A DNA stretch of 64,000 nucleotides from an uncultured delta proteobacterium (lineage in GTDB: Bacteria; Desulfobacterota; Desulfomonilia; UBA1062), in assembly GCA_963785235.1 (NCBI GenBank), contig CAWAUM010000005.1, forward strand, positions 256,001-320,000, written 5' to 3'. Positions within the stretch are counted from its first letter, which is position 1. Every line of letters begins with the position of its first letter. The notes below the pieces were generated by a model. The model was not told the DNA's origin. It saw only the letters and a program-made list of their open reading frames with translations, and searched no databases. This document shows, piece after piece, positions 31,621 to 42,987 of the stretch. The translations under genes and the position numbers were made by a program.

Positions 31621-32553
31621 ATGGGAAGAAGGGTTAGTGTTGTTCTATTGAGTTTATCATCAATATTTTTAATGGCTTGGTTCCCAGCTATGACACCTGA
31701 CCAAAGAATTGAAATGCAGGCCCAGTGGGGATGGTCACGTGTAGAAACAGATCAAGGTAATGATGGCACCTTAGATGAAATAATTGATTACTATTACAAC
31801 GACCACGGTCAGTTAGTTAGGGAAAGATGGGACACACGATATAACTCGAACAATCTAGATTATTATTACAATGCATATGGGGAACTGGAACATGACGAGT
31901 GGGATTACGATGACGATGGAACAATAGATGAGGTATATTATTATGATCACGATTCATCAGGTATGATGTTTCGCTTGCGCATGGATCATGACGCCGACAA
32001 TGTAGACGATGAGGCCATATATTATTCTTATGATGCGGGGAGGTTAGTGCAAGAGGATAGCGACTATGACCTCGACGGGACAGTTGATGAGGTCACTGAA
32101 TATATATATGATCAATCAGGAAAGGTGATACAAGCCAATCACTACCCCAACAACCCCGATTGGGACAATCAGACAACATATTACTATTATGATGAATACG
32201 GACACATAAAGCGCCAAGAAGAGGATTACAAGAACGACGGATTGATCGATTATATCAACCTCTACTATTACGATTCACAGGGCAGACCATATAGAGAGAT
32301 CGATGATGACGTAAATGATTACCCGGAAACAGAATTTCAAGATGCTACCCGAACCTATTTTTATGATAATTGCTCAGGTAGTCAGAATGATGATCATGAT
32401 GGATATTATTGTGATGGATACTATTACGATGACGATTGTTTCATATCAACTACCGCATCAGATCATCGCTTACCTCAGGGGATGTTCTTCCTTGTCCTTT
32501 CAGGTATTGTGCTACTAGGGATCTCCCGTATTACGAATTACGAGAAAGCTTAG
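31621..32553 (+). CDS. Secreted Asp/Tyr-rich repeat protein with CFI-box-like C-terminal anchor
   Basis: Repeats D.D.DG..DE..YYYY D..G; C-terminal CFISTTA plus TM helix; upstream alternative start 31534. Confidence 0.75.
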   Translation: MGRRVSVVLLSLSSIFLMAWFPAMTPDQRIEMQAQWGWSRVETDQGNDGTLDEIIDYYYNDHGQLVRERWDTRYNSNNLDYYYNAYGELEHDEWDYDDDGTIDEVYYYDHDSSGMMFRLRMDHDADNVDDEAIYYSYDAGRLVQEDSDYDLDGTVDEVTEYIYDQSGKVIQANHYPNNPDWDNQTTYYYYDEYGHIKRQEEDYKNDGLIDYINLYYYDSQGRPYREIDDDVNDYPETEFQDATRTYFYDNCSGSQNDDHDGYYCDGYYYDDDCFISTTASDHRLPQGMFFLVLSGIVLLGISRITNYEKA

Positions 32554-32812
32554 TAGCAAATAAATTCAGCAAGGATACTCATGTACAGGCAGGGCTATTC
32601 GTGGCACTCTACTTAGATATCTCTTTCTTTCTAAGCTTCACCTTCATTTTTTACATCTCCTCTCTATCATCCTGATCATCCTGCATCATTTTCACTCCCA
32701 ATATGAGACTTTTTTCTTAGTTCACGAATGAATATGGACATTGGGTAATAGATACAAACGTTATGTTGTGTTAAAGTCGGTAAAGAAATCAAACATCGGG
32801 GAGGTTCTCATC

Positions 32813-34048
32813 ATGTGGGCATTAATGAAAGCGTACTACCGTACGTATCAGTTCGTTCAAGGTATGGGCATGAATTTTCTTCCCTGGATCGAACCCGAAA
32901 TCATCCAGGGCTCTAACAGCATAATAAAACTTCCTCTGATCATCAGAAACAAAGGTATCAGAAGCGTTCTCATTGTTACCGATCCCGGCCTTATGGGCCT
33001 TCGTCTTCTCGATCCTCTCTTTGAGGCACTCAATTCAGCAGGCATAAAGTATTCACTCTACGACCAGGTGCAACCCAACCCTACAATCGAAAACATCGAA
33101 GCAGCTTTGAGAATCTATAATGAAAACAAGTGTAAAGCAATCATAGCCTTCGGCGGTGGATCACCCATGGATTGTGCAAAGGTTACTGGCGCACGGGTTG
33201 CCCGTCCGAATCGCTCGGTTACCAAGATGAGAGGTTTGTTCAAGGTAATACTTCCCGATTTTAAAATGGGATCTCTTTTCCCTCCGGTCCTTTTCGCAGT
33301 TCCCACAACGGCGGGTACAGGTTCAGAAACCACGATAGCAGCCGTGGTATCGAACACGCAAACGCATGAAAAATATCCGGTCAACGACCCTGTTATCCGT
33401 CCGAGATACGCGGTTCTTGACCCGGTGCTTACCGTCGGTCTTCCGCCTCACATCACCGCAACAACAGGCATGGATGCCTTGACACATGCAGTCGAGTCCT
33501 ACATCGGGAAATTCTATAACAGTGAAGCCACCCGTATGAAGGCTGTTCTGGCAGTGGAAATGATCTTCAACAATGTTGAAAAGGCTTACAATAACGGCAA
33601 AGATCTTGAGGCACGCGGGCAGATGCTCCTTGCTTCCTATTATGCAGGATTTTCATTCACGCGCGGCGGCGTCGGGTATGTTCACGGGATTGGTCATAAT
33701 CTGGGCGGCATGTACGGTGTTCCCCATGGTCTCGCAATGTCCGTTATCATGCCTTATGTTCTTGACTGGTACGGCGAGGCAGCGCACAAACCCCTGGCCG
33801 AACTTGCCGAGGTTGCCGGTGTTGCCAGGTTCGGCATGAGCCGGGCTCAGAAGGCCGGAGCCTTTATTGATGCGGTTAAAGCGCTGAACAGCAGATTGAA
33901 CATTCCGAACAAGTTTGACTGCATCAAGGATGAAGACATCCCGACAATCGCGCAGCGTGCATTGTATGAATGCAACCCCATGTATCCCGTTCCCAGGATC
34001 ATGGGCAAAGAGGATTGCATGGGGGTTATCAGATCGCTCAAGGCGTGA
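32813..34048 (+). CDS. Iron-containing alcohol dehydrogenase
   Basis: GGGSPMD, PTTAGTGSE, DALTHAVE, GYVHGIGH, HG. Confidence 0.92.
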   Translation: MWALMKAYYRTYQFVQGMGMNFLPWIEPEIIQGSNSIIKLPLIIRNKGIRSVLIVTDPGLMGLRLLDPLFEALNSAGIKYSLYDQVQPNPTIENIEAALRIYNENKCKAIIAFGGGSPMDCAKVTGARVARPNRSVTKMRGLFKVILPDFKMGSLFPPVLFAVPTTAGTGSETTIAAVVSNTQTHEKYPVNDPVIRPRYAVLDPVLTVGLPPHITATTGMDALTHAVESYIGKFYNSEATRMKAVLAVEMIFNNVEKAYNNGKDLEARGQMLLASYYAGFSFTRGGVGYVHGIGHNLGGMYGVPHGLAMSVIMPYVLDWYGEAAHKPLAELAEVAGVARFGMSRAQKAGAFIDAVKALNSRLNIPNKFDCIKDEDIPTIAQRALYECNPMYPVPRIMGKEDCMGVIRSLKA

Positions 34049-34101
34049 GGTTGCCTCGGGAAATTATAATTTTGCTTGAGGTAAAGGACTGATCTTCCTG
34101 G

Positions 34102-34171
34102 CGTCATTCCCGCGAAGGCGGGAATCCAGTCATTTTGAAGATTCTGGGCCCCCGCCTTCGCGGGGGCGACG
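34102..34171. repeat. REP-like inverted doublet
   Basis: gtcattcccgcgaaggcgggaatccag ... ctgggcccccgccttcgcgggggcgac between convergent genes. Confidence 0.8.
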
Positions 34172-34181
34172 GTCAAGGTGA

Positions 34182-35538
34182 TTATGCCGCGATGTAATTC
34201 TTCGCGATGTAATTCTTGATAAAGCTCTCCAGGTCGGATGCCTCTTCAGGCCCCACCATCACCTGCCAGCCGGGAAGGTTGTCTTCCAGTTCGCCGCTTA
34301 TCTGTGCCACATAGCCGGGTATAATGATCCGGCGCGTCTTCACCTGCGCCTCCAGGTTGGTCTCTTTGACGAATTTGGCTATGCCTGCGCGCTGAGAACT
34401 TGCCTGCGGCCCAGGCGGTGAGCACGCTCATGCCTTCGCATTCCGGCACGACCAGCCAGGCGCTGATGCCGCTGTTCTCGATTTCGCCTGTTACGATGAA
34501 ATAGGTCAGCGAGAAATTCGTGGTGACAAAGACAGGCGAATCAGGCGTGGGCTCGCCGATCGCGTACACCCTGGGCTCCACCTGGATGGGCTTCTGCGGG
34601 TCAGTATAGATGTTGAGCCGCAGCGTCAGCAGCGTTGCAAGCTGGGCGGCATTGAAGGACGGCAGGACGCAGATGCTCCCGTACTTGGTGATGTCCGTGA
34701 CCGCGGCAGTGGTATCGTCCAAGAGGGTGCCGGTATGGATGAAGTGCACAAAGGGGAATCCCAGCGGCTTGAAATTGTCCCTGATGGCCGAGCGCCTGGC
34801 TATGGTGTTGGTCTGGAGGTGCTCTGAAAGGGAGTACGTCTCCCAGTGGAGCAGGAGGTTGTGAAAGCCGTTTTCACGGTGCCTCGATGAGAGCGCTACC
34901 AGTGAATCCATGTCCGGGGCAGTGAGCGCCAGGGCATGGTCCTGTTCCCTGGCAAAGGGAGCGAGCACGTCGGCTGAGGGCGCATCCGGGGCGCAGAGTA
35001 TGCTGTGCGAGCCTTGGATGAGTAAGGCTGCATCGTGGATCGAACCTGCGGTTCTGCCGCGCAGGATCAGCGGCTTACCGGTTTTCTTCCAGGCCTTGGA
35101 GGCAAGTGCACAAAAGGCTGCTGCATCCTCGGAAAGCTGGGTTATGGACACCATGCCGATGGTCAGCGATTCGCCCACGCGTTCGAGCACGTAATCCCTG
35201 ATGGATGCAAGTGTCTGGTCGACCCCGGCAGAGTCATCCGTGTCGTTGATGTTGATGGCCAGGATGGTGGGGTTCACAAAGGTCTTGTCATGCCGGTACA
35301 GAACGGTCTCCCCGCCGGCAGTGAGCGCTTTGTCAGTGCCCAGCGCAATGGATTTTACCGGGGGTTCGTTGGCAAGCCCCAGGATGTGCTTGGCCTCGTC
35401 GGAGGCATACGGGCATTCTTTGATGTCCGCCTTTTTCGCAGCCAGTTTCATGGCAAAGGCCAGGCAGGTGTTCGACCCGCATTCCTTGCAGTTTGTCTGG
35501 GGCAGAAGCTTCTGTATCTGAAGGCCGCTCAATGCCAT
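34182..35538 (-). CDS. acsC: Corrinoid Fe-S protein large subunit (gamma); frameshifts near the 3' end
   Basis: MALSGLQI.KLLPQTNCKECG..TCLAFAM, ETVLYRHDKTF, IYTDPQKP, TTNFSLTYF, SVLTAWAAGKF. Confidence 0.9.
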
Positions 35539-35544
35539 TATCAT

Positions 35545-36500
35545 CTGTCTCCCATCCATCAGGCTCATAATGGTTTTCTTCAGCGACATCGGCAGCCTGG
35601 GGATTATACATGATCAGGATTGCAGCACCGGCATAGAGCAGGGAGGTGGCGGTTGAAAGCTCCCACAGCGCGGCGCGCTCGGCCAGGTCGCCCCATGCGG
35701 GGAAGTCCGATTCCGGGGCGCGCAGTTCCTTGATCTTGGCACACTCCTGGCCGGGCGAGACGATCATGGGGGAGGCCAGCATCCTGTCGCCGCCAAGACC
35801 GGTCAGGCGGATCCGCTCCATGACCGAGTAGGTGTATTCGATGCCGTAGCCGATGGCGCTGGTGACGGGATCCACAACGATCCGTTCGGTCGGGATATTC
35901 ATGTTGGTCAGCAGGATGTTCAGCTGTTTCCCTATATTCACGTCAATGGGGCTCTGGGCCACGATGGTGTGCCCATAGGCCAGGGCCGCACCCGCGATGG
36001 TGCGGTAATTATCCTGCTCCACCCAGTTCAGGAGGAGGTTTTCGCCCGCACACCCCCTGGCGATCTCTTTCATGACCTCGTTCATCTTGTCGTAGTGGTT
36101 GTGCCCGGTGATGATCAGCGGGACATCCACTGCGGCCAGCACCGATTTCACCACATCGAACGCCTCTTTGGGGGAGCGGTCGCCCTTCTCGGGGTGGGTC
36201 CCGTCGAGCCTTACGCTGATGAGGTCAGCGCCGTATTTTTCCACGCACACTTTTGCCATCTCGGCAGGGTTGTCAAGGAGACTGCCCCATATGGTGCGCA
36301 GGACCTGGGGGTATTTGGCGCTGACCTTGTCAAAGACCTCCAGCGCCACCAGCGGGGCGGTTTTTCATGGTGCCTTCCCAGAGGTGCAGCGGCATGGCCG
36401 TGTCCCCGCCGATGGTGCAGGTGCTGCCGCGCGTGCCGCCCTGGGCCTTTGTGGCGCCCAGCGTGATCTCGTACACGGCCTGCTCGCACGTCTCTTTCCT
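35545..36500 (-). CDS. acsD: Corrinoid Fe-S protein small subunit (delta) domain, apparently fused to AcsB
   Basis: EITLGAT..GGTR....IGG...P, ALEVFD, DVPLII, SPIDVNIGKQLN, GYGIEYTYSVMERIRL, AGAAILIM; frameshift near 36350. Confidence 0.85.
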
Positions 36501-36879
36501 GAGCGGCACGGATTTTATGGCAGCTATGCGCTCCTGGGCGCTTGGTTTCACCTGGTTTAATTCTTCAATGGGAGATGAGGCAGGTTCTGATGTCACAGAT
36601 GGCGGTGAGGCCTTTTGCAGCACAGTCCCAAGAAACCTCTCGCTCAGGACCCCGATGATGTCATTGACGATCTCTTTGGTGAGAGTCTGCTTGATCTCGC
36701 CCTTGATCTCGTTGATGAGCGATGTCTTCATTTGTTCCAACTGATCAGAGGAAAAGGCCTGTGCCTGGGAGGCAGGTGCGGCGGTTGCTGGTTCATCTGC
36801 TGTGGGCTTTTCCTTGCGCATGGGCGTCGGCGTGCTTGTGAGTGGTGCATGGTCCTGTTTCGCCAGGTCCGCGATATCA

Positions 36880-39048
36880 CCCATTTCCATGGCAGGGTGC
36901 TTCACCTTTTCCAGATAGGTTCTTATGTCCCTGGGTTCGATGGCAACGGTTTCATCCGGGATCATTTCGAGCAGGCCCGGTGCGCCCTGTTCCTCAAAGC
37001 GCCTGTTCAGGTCCTCGCCCAGCATCTTCTTCAAGCCCTTAGTCATCCACACAAGCCGCTTGTGGCCCCCTTCGGCAAAGAGGAATTTCCGGGAGGTGAG
37101 AAAGACCTTGCCGCAGCCCATGAAGCCCGGTGTCTGCTGGCCGCCGCCCACGCTGCCCGCCAGGGTGGAGAAGCTCATGCCCGCCGGGGTGTCTCCGGTA
37201 TATTCGCGGTTCACGGCCATGATCCCGTTGCATTCGGGCACATATGCGCAGATGACCTCGAAGCAGCCGCAGCTGGTCATGGGCCGGTCCATGATGGAGT
37301 AGGCGCAAACGGACTGAACAGTCTTGTGCGAGGAAAGGTACACGTATTCATCAACGCCCTTCCATACGCCGCGCACCGGATCGAGGCATTCGCCCTTTTT
37401 CACCGGCTGGTTGGGGCCGGTCTCATCGATCTCAAAGGCGGCCTTGGCGTCGAGCCAGTTGTAGGCGCCGCAGAGCCCGAGGCGTTCCGGGGTGACCACG
37501 CAGACGTGATTCGGTGCAAAGGACTGGCACAGCAGGCACGAGTAGAAGATGTCCACGTTCTCGTCCGTCATGGATTCCAGGCGGCGGTTGCGCTCCACAT
37601 AGGTGCCCCGCGCTTTTGCCAGGCGTTTCTCCACCTCGTCCTTGTCCGTGATCAGGGTGACTTTCACCTTGTCCACAATGGCAGGATAGTTTGAAAGCAG
37701 CTTTGCATGCAGGATCTCGCCGTAGTGCCGCAGGCGCAGGCCCTTTGCGAACCCGCCCTTGGATATGCGCGTCCACACGATGTCGCGCTGGCCCATGTGC
37801 CAGATGCCCTCGGCGCCGTTGATGAGGTGGTGGATCTGCCGCTCCAGGATGGCCTCGAAGTCCGTCTGCATCTTTCTGCCTGCCACCTCCACCCAGATGG
37901 CCAGGGGCAGTGCCGCGCCTTCGGCGACCTGGTCCATGTCCGTCCCGATGATCTCAATCTGGCCGTCTTCGATCTCGTCCATTTCCTTCTGGTCACGAAC
38001 TCAAAGGCAGGGGTGATGTTGCCGCCGAACTCGACCTGGGTGTCCTGTTTGCGGATGCGCTCCCCTTCAAAGGCCGGGCCGTAGGGGACCGGGATGGGGA
38101 CCTTTGTGATCTTGACCTTGCAGCCCCGTACTTCAAGAGCCCTTGTCCACCATGGTTTCATAGGGCACGTTCGAGACCACGTGCTCATAGGTGCAAATGC
38201 CCGTGGGCAGGATCTGGGGGATATCGGTGTCGGCAATGACCGGGAAGCCGTAATTGAGCGCCCCTGCCGCTGCGGCATACTTTTCCGGCATCCACCTCGC
38301 CGAAGGCCAGCACAAAGGCAAAGATGCGCTCCTTGTTGTATTTCAGGTTGGCCTTGAAATCGCCGGGCTTCACGTTGCCGAAGGAAAGGGCGGAGCGGTT
38401 GGCAAAGCCCAGGGCATAGATCAGCGCCGACACATCCCTGCCAAAGGGCACGAGCCTGGTCTCCCAGCCCATCTGGACGCCTTCTTCAGCAAGCTGTTCG
38501 GCAAACTGCTTGCCATTTGTTGCTCCTGCCATGAACACGTAGATGTTCTTTTCCTGGAGCTCCCGGGCGATCTTGACGGCTATCTCGTTGGTCGGGGCAG
38601 CGCCGGTAATGGCGGCAAACCCAGGCGCCGTGCCGTCCACGAACTCGATGCCGCGCTCGCGCATGATGACATCGCTGGCAGCACCCAGCCAGATTCCATG
38701 AACCGGATTCGGGCCTATGAGGTATTTGCAGGCCTCGATGATCTCGCAGGCGAACAACGTTGCCACGCCGGCATCGAGCGTATTGCCCAGGTAGGGCAGC
38801 CAGACCTTCTCGGAAGGCGGTGGGCTCAGCAGGGACTTTAGCACGCGCCAGGATGCGGCGCATATCGGAGAGTGTCTCAGCCTTCTCGCCGGTAAAGGAA
38901 TAGATCACGGGCAGATGATAGGCCGTATCCGGAAAGGCGACCGCGCATGCCTCGCCTTTGGCCGGATGGCCTCGTCCAGCTTGGCCTCGGCCCTGGCCAC
39001 CCATTCTATGGCGCCATTGATGGCGCTTGAGCAGATGAGCTTAGACAC
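36880..39048 (-). CDS. acsB: Acetyl-CoA synthase (beta subunit); several frameshifts; no stop before the AcsD domain
   Basis: GTG start MSKLICSSA; FPDTAYHLP; GPAFEGERIRK; A-cluster ligands CLLCQS..C..LCG and TSCGCFE; ends HPAMEM. Confidence 0.9.
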
Positions 39049-40994
39049 CGAGCTCTCTCCTGTCCTTCATATCCATGAGCTTCCGTATCAGCCTTCTTGT
39101 TGATGCCGAGCCTTTCGCGGCGTTCGTTGATGATCTGCAGGATGGCTGCCGCAGCCTCATGGGGGTCTTCATGGATGTGGAACGACGCCCCGAAGACTCT
39201 GTGCGGCGTCCTTGTTGAGGAATTGGCTCACATTTTTCGAACCGGAGATATAGAACGGGTTGCCCAGGATGACATCGATGCCTGAGGCGACGAAATAGCA
39301 GCCGATGGCAATGGCCTTTTCACTCATCCATTCCGGGGCAACGCCCACGACCGGAACGTCCGACAGGTCGTCTCCAAGGCCGCCTTCGGCCACGATCTCG
39401 GTTGCCGCCTCCAGGAGGCGGGAGTTGTCCACACAGCTCCCCATATGCAGCACCGGCGGCATGCCCACGGCCTCGCACACCTCCCGCAGGCCCTGGCCGG
39501 CAAACTCGAGGGCCGCTTCCGGCGTCAGGTTGCCCTGCTTGGCCGAGGCAATGGCGGCGCACCCGGTCTTCAGGACCAGGATGTTCTCCTTGAGCAGTTC
39601 TCTGGTAAGCGTGTTTATGTAGGAATCGAGTTTGGTCTTGGGGTTGTTGCACCCCACGATGCCCACCACCCCTTTGATGCGGCCCTGGATGATGGCGTCG
39701 TTGAGCGGCCTGAAGGAGGCGCGGTATGTGCCGCCCAGCATGTATTTGATGCTCTCCACGCTGAACCCTGCGATGAGGGGCTTCATGTGCTTGGGTATGG
39801 CCACCTTTTTCGGGTCGCGGTTCCTGTAATTGTCAATGGCCCGTTTCAAGAGATCTTTTGCAATATCATAGGCATGGTCGGTGTTGAACTCCGTGGATGT
39901 GGCGCCGATGGTCTTGGCTATGCTGCTGGTGGAGACGATTTCGGTATGATACGCCTTTGCCACGTCCGGCAGCGAGGGCATGCAGCACTGGACATCGATG
40001 AGCATCATCTCCACCGCGCCGGTGACAATGGCCAGTTCCTGCTGCAGGAAGTTGCCGGCCAAAGGGATGCCGTGGCGCATGAGGATCTCGTTGGCAGTGC
40101 AGCATATGCCGGCCAGAGTTATGCCTTGGGCGCCTGCCTTTTTTGCATAGTCCTTGATCTCAGGGTCTGTGGAGGCGGCGGCGAGCATCTCGGAAAGGGC
40201 CGGCTCGTGGCCATGGACCAGGACATTTACCGTGTGCTCGCCCAAGATGCCCAGGTTTGCATTGCTCCGCACCGGGGTGGGGGTGCCGAACAGCACATCG
40301 GAGACCATGGAGGCGATGCGCGAGCCCCCCCAGCCATCAGCAAGGGCCAGGCGGAAGGCATGCATGAGGATATTCCGGTAATCGTGGTCCACGCCCATGT
40401 GCGTGCGGTGCATGGCCTCCACGATCATGCGGTCGATGCCCTCGGGCTCCACATCCTTTTTCTGCCAGACGCCCTGGCGGGTAAGCGGGGCGAGCTTCAA
40501 GGTCCTGAGCTTGTCTTCCTGGGAGGTGTATTCACCTATGAGAAGTTCGGCGAGCTTGACTGCCAGCTCAGCCACAGGGATGTCCTGGTCATCGATGCCA
40601 TAAGAAGCTGCGATCTTCCGCAAGGCGTGTTCATCCTTGATGGCGTATCCGCCGCCCCTTGCCCAGGCCGATCTTCTTCAGGAGCAGCACAAGGTGCCGG
40701 CCATGGTCGGAATGGGCATGCTGAACCGCCTGCAACCTCGCGCAGGAAATTGCGGGCAACGATGGTGTCGGCATCGGCCCCGCATACGCCCAGCGGAGAT
40801 TTTGCCGTGATCCTGCAGGGGCCCATGTGGCAGATGCGGCAGCACAGGCCCTTGGTGCCGTAGGTGCACTGGTTCTTCTGCTGGTCCATGCGGAAGAAGC
40901 TCAGATCAACGCAGTCACGCTTGGCCTTTTCAATGGTTTCTATGGATGCCGGGTCGCATGCCCGGTCTTCCGGGAGTTTCGTGCTGTTATCCAT
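39041..40994 (-). CDS. cooS: Anaerobic Ni,Fe-CO dehydrogenase catalytic subunit; frameshifted
   Basis: QC.......CCRICHMGPC, HGHEP, GICC, DVQC, GCNN, TGC, GSCVD, SEKA. Confidence 0.92.
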
Positions 40995-41766
40995 GATTCA
41001 TTTCTCCTGCAGATCCAGTTGCGAGATAAACTCCGGAAATCTCGGCCAGCACCGGATTGGCCATACTCAGTTCCTGAATGCTCTGGCCCTTCTCGGCCGC
41101 AATGGCCAGCTCGCTGTCAAAGGGCAGCATGAGCTGATAATCAGGCTGCAACCCCTGCAGCATTGTCAGATCCGGCTGAGATCCGTTTCTCACAAGGTTT
41201 ACCACAACCGCCAGGCGCTCGTATACAATTCCCATCTCCCCGGCAAGATCATACAGGCGTCTGATGGTTTGAATTCCCCGCTTTGAAGGATCGCCAACGA
41301 TGATGAGAAGGTTGATCTCCTGATAGAGTCTCCGTGACAGGTTTTCCAGACCGGCCTCGTTATCGATGACGATAAAGGGGTAATGGCTGGAGAGCTCCTT
41401 GATGCAGTCGCCAAAGAGGTTGTTGGCGTAGCAGTAGCAGCCGGGGCCTTCGGGGCGTCCCATGGCGATGAGGTCGAAGTTTTCCGCCTCCACAAGGCTT
41501 CGGCCGATCCGCAGCTCCACGAGTTCACGCTTGGAAACGCCTGTCGGCTGATTGTCGCCTGCCTTGCGGCTCTCTTCCCGGATCTGGCCCACGGTTTTTT
41601 TGACCTCCACGCCAAGCACCTCATCAAGGCAGGAGTTGGGGTCGGCATCCACGGCAAGGACCGGCTTATAGCCTTTGTTGATAAGGCTCTTGATGATTGC
41701 GGCGGCAATGGTGGTCTTTCCGGTTCCGCCCTTACCGGTGATCGCTATGGTATACCTTTTCGTCAA
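40987..41766 (-). CDS. cooC: CooC/AcsF nickel-insertion ATPase
   Basis: GKGGTGKT, DADPN, GRPEGPGCYC, DNEAGLE. Confidence 0.9.
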   Translation of the reverse strand: MTKRYTIAITGKGGTGKTTIAAAIIKSLINKGYKPVLAVDADPNSCLDEVLGVEVKKTVGQIREESRKAGDNQPTGVSKRELVELRIGRSLVEAENFDLIAMGRPEGPGCYCYANNLFGDCIKELSSHYPFIVIDNEAGLENLSRRLYQEINLLIIVGDPSKRGIQTIRRLYDLAGEMGIVYERLAVVVNLVRNGSQPDLTMLQGLQPDYQLMLPFDSELAIAAEKGQSIQELSMANPVLAEISGVYLATGSAGEMNHG

Positions 41767-41781
41767 GACTGCACAAACCTG

Positions 41782-42858
41782 CTAGAGCCCGAATTGGTCA
41801 CGGACATGTCGGGAGAGTTCTTTCAGCATGGTAAAAACCATCTCTGCATCGCTCACGGCAAGCGAACCGGTGCCGCAGGACGGCGTAATGAGTGATTGAT
41901 CAAGGAGTTGACTTTTGTCGATGCCCGCCTTTGCACAGAGATTGTCAATGACCTTGGAGAAGCGTTCCATGAGAGAACCAACACTCTGCTCACGGATGAC
42001 AGTGGAGGTGGGGACGATCCCCCAGGCGATGAGTCCGCCATCAGTGATAAACTTATGGAGTGCCTCGGGATACAATGCAATGGTCTCGCCGTAGCTGAAG
42101 GCATCGAGGTTGATCAGGTCAACGCCTGCATCCATGAGAATGGTCCAGTCCGTATTCCCGCAGCAGTGTACACCGGCAATGGCGTTTTCGGCATGGATGG
42201 CATCTGCCACTTCGCCGATGAGGGCAACAACTTCCTCGCGCCTTACCGAGATGTAGGTCGACGAACCGAAGGCGGAAAGGATGGGCTCATCGATGAAGCA
42301 GATAACCTTGTCCGCATAGGCCCTGAACTTCTGGATCTGCCAGCAGCATTTCATGGCCAGGGCCTTGACGATTGTATCGCGGAATTCTTCATTGTAATAG
42401 ATGGCGCGTTTGTTCTCATCCACCACGGTCAGGGCGAAAGAGCAGGGCCCTGTAGTCTGTACCTTTATGAATGGATATGTGCTGCCCTTAACCTTCAGCC
42501 GTTCTTCAAAGCCGTAAAGCCCTTTTGAAAAATCGCTGCTGATGGCCATGGATGAGCAGTCCCGGTTGCCGCTGTCCGGATCAAGGGCAGCCATGTAGGC
42601 TTCGTAGAAGAGGGCGAACTCCTCGGAATAATCACCTGAGGTATCAAAATACAATCGGCCTTTCTCATGATCGATGACCGCTCGGGGCATGCCTTCAGAA
42701 AACTGTATCTCCATCTGCTCATTGAGTGATAGCTTGGGCAGCTGCGGCCACACAGGGGCATGGCTCAAGGCATCGAACACGATATCCAGGGCCTTTCCCG
42801 GTTCACTGTGGGGAAAGCTTCCAATGGCGGTTGCTATGCACTTTGTCTTGATGGTCAT
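41782..42858 (-). CDS. Core (folate-independent, MesB-like) methionine synthase, MetE C-terminal domain only
   Basis: IGSFPH, WPQLP, TGP, FIDEP, Zn ligands HCC and TPSCG; 358 aa with no folate domain. Confidence 0.75.
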   Translation of the reverse strand: MTIKTKCIATAIGSFPHSEPGKALDIVFDALSHAPVWPQLPKLSLNEQMEIQFSEGMPRAVIDHEKGRLYFDTSGDYSEEFALFYEAYMAALDPDSGNRDCSSMAISSDFSKGLYGFEERLKVKGSTYPFIKVQTTGPCSFALTVVDENKRAIYYNEEFRDTIVKALAMKCCWQIQKFRAYADKVICFIDEPILSAFGSSTYISVRREEVVALIGEVADAIHAENAIAGVHCCGNTDWTILMDAGVDLINLDAFSYGETIALYPEALHKFITDGGLIAWGIVPTSTVIREQSVGSLMERFSKVIDNLCAKAGIDKSQLLDQSLITPSCGTGSLAVSDAEMVFTMLKELSRHVRDQFGL

Positions 42859-42918
42859 TTCACTATCTTTCTTTCCTACGAAACACGTTTAAGGTTCGGG
42901 GTCAAATTATATCTAAAA

Positions 42919-42946
42919 CGTCATTCCCGTGAAGGCGGGAATCCAG
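42919..42946. repeat. Single REP-like unit
   Basis: cgtcattcccgtgaaggcgggaatccag, same family as 34102. Confidence 0.75.
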
Positions 42947-42987
42947 TTCTTGTTAATTCCCTTTGATCTTATTAATATTATTAGCTA

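Noticed and set aside
31621-32553. Asp/Tyr repeat protein as an RHS/YD toxin
   Set aside because: No RHS core or DPxG cleavage motif, no toxin tip or immunity gene; it ends in a membrane anchor.
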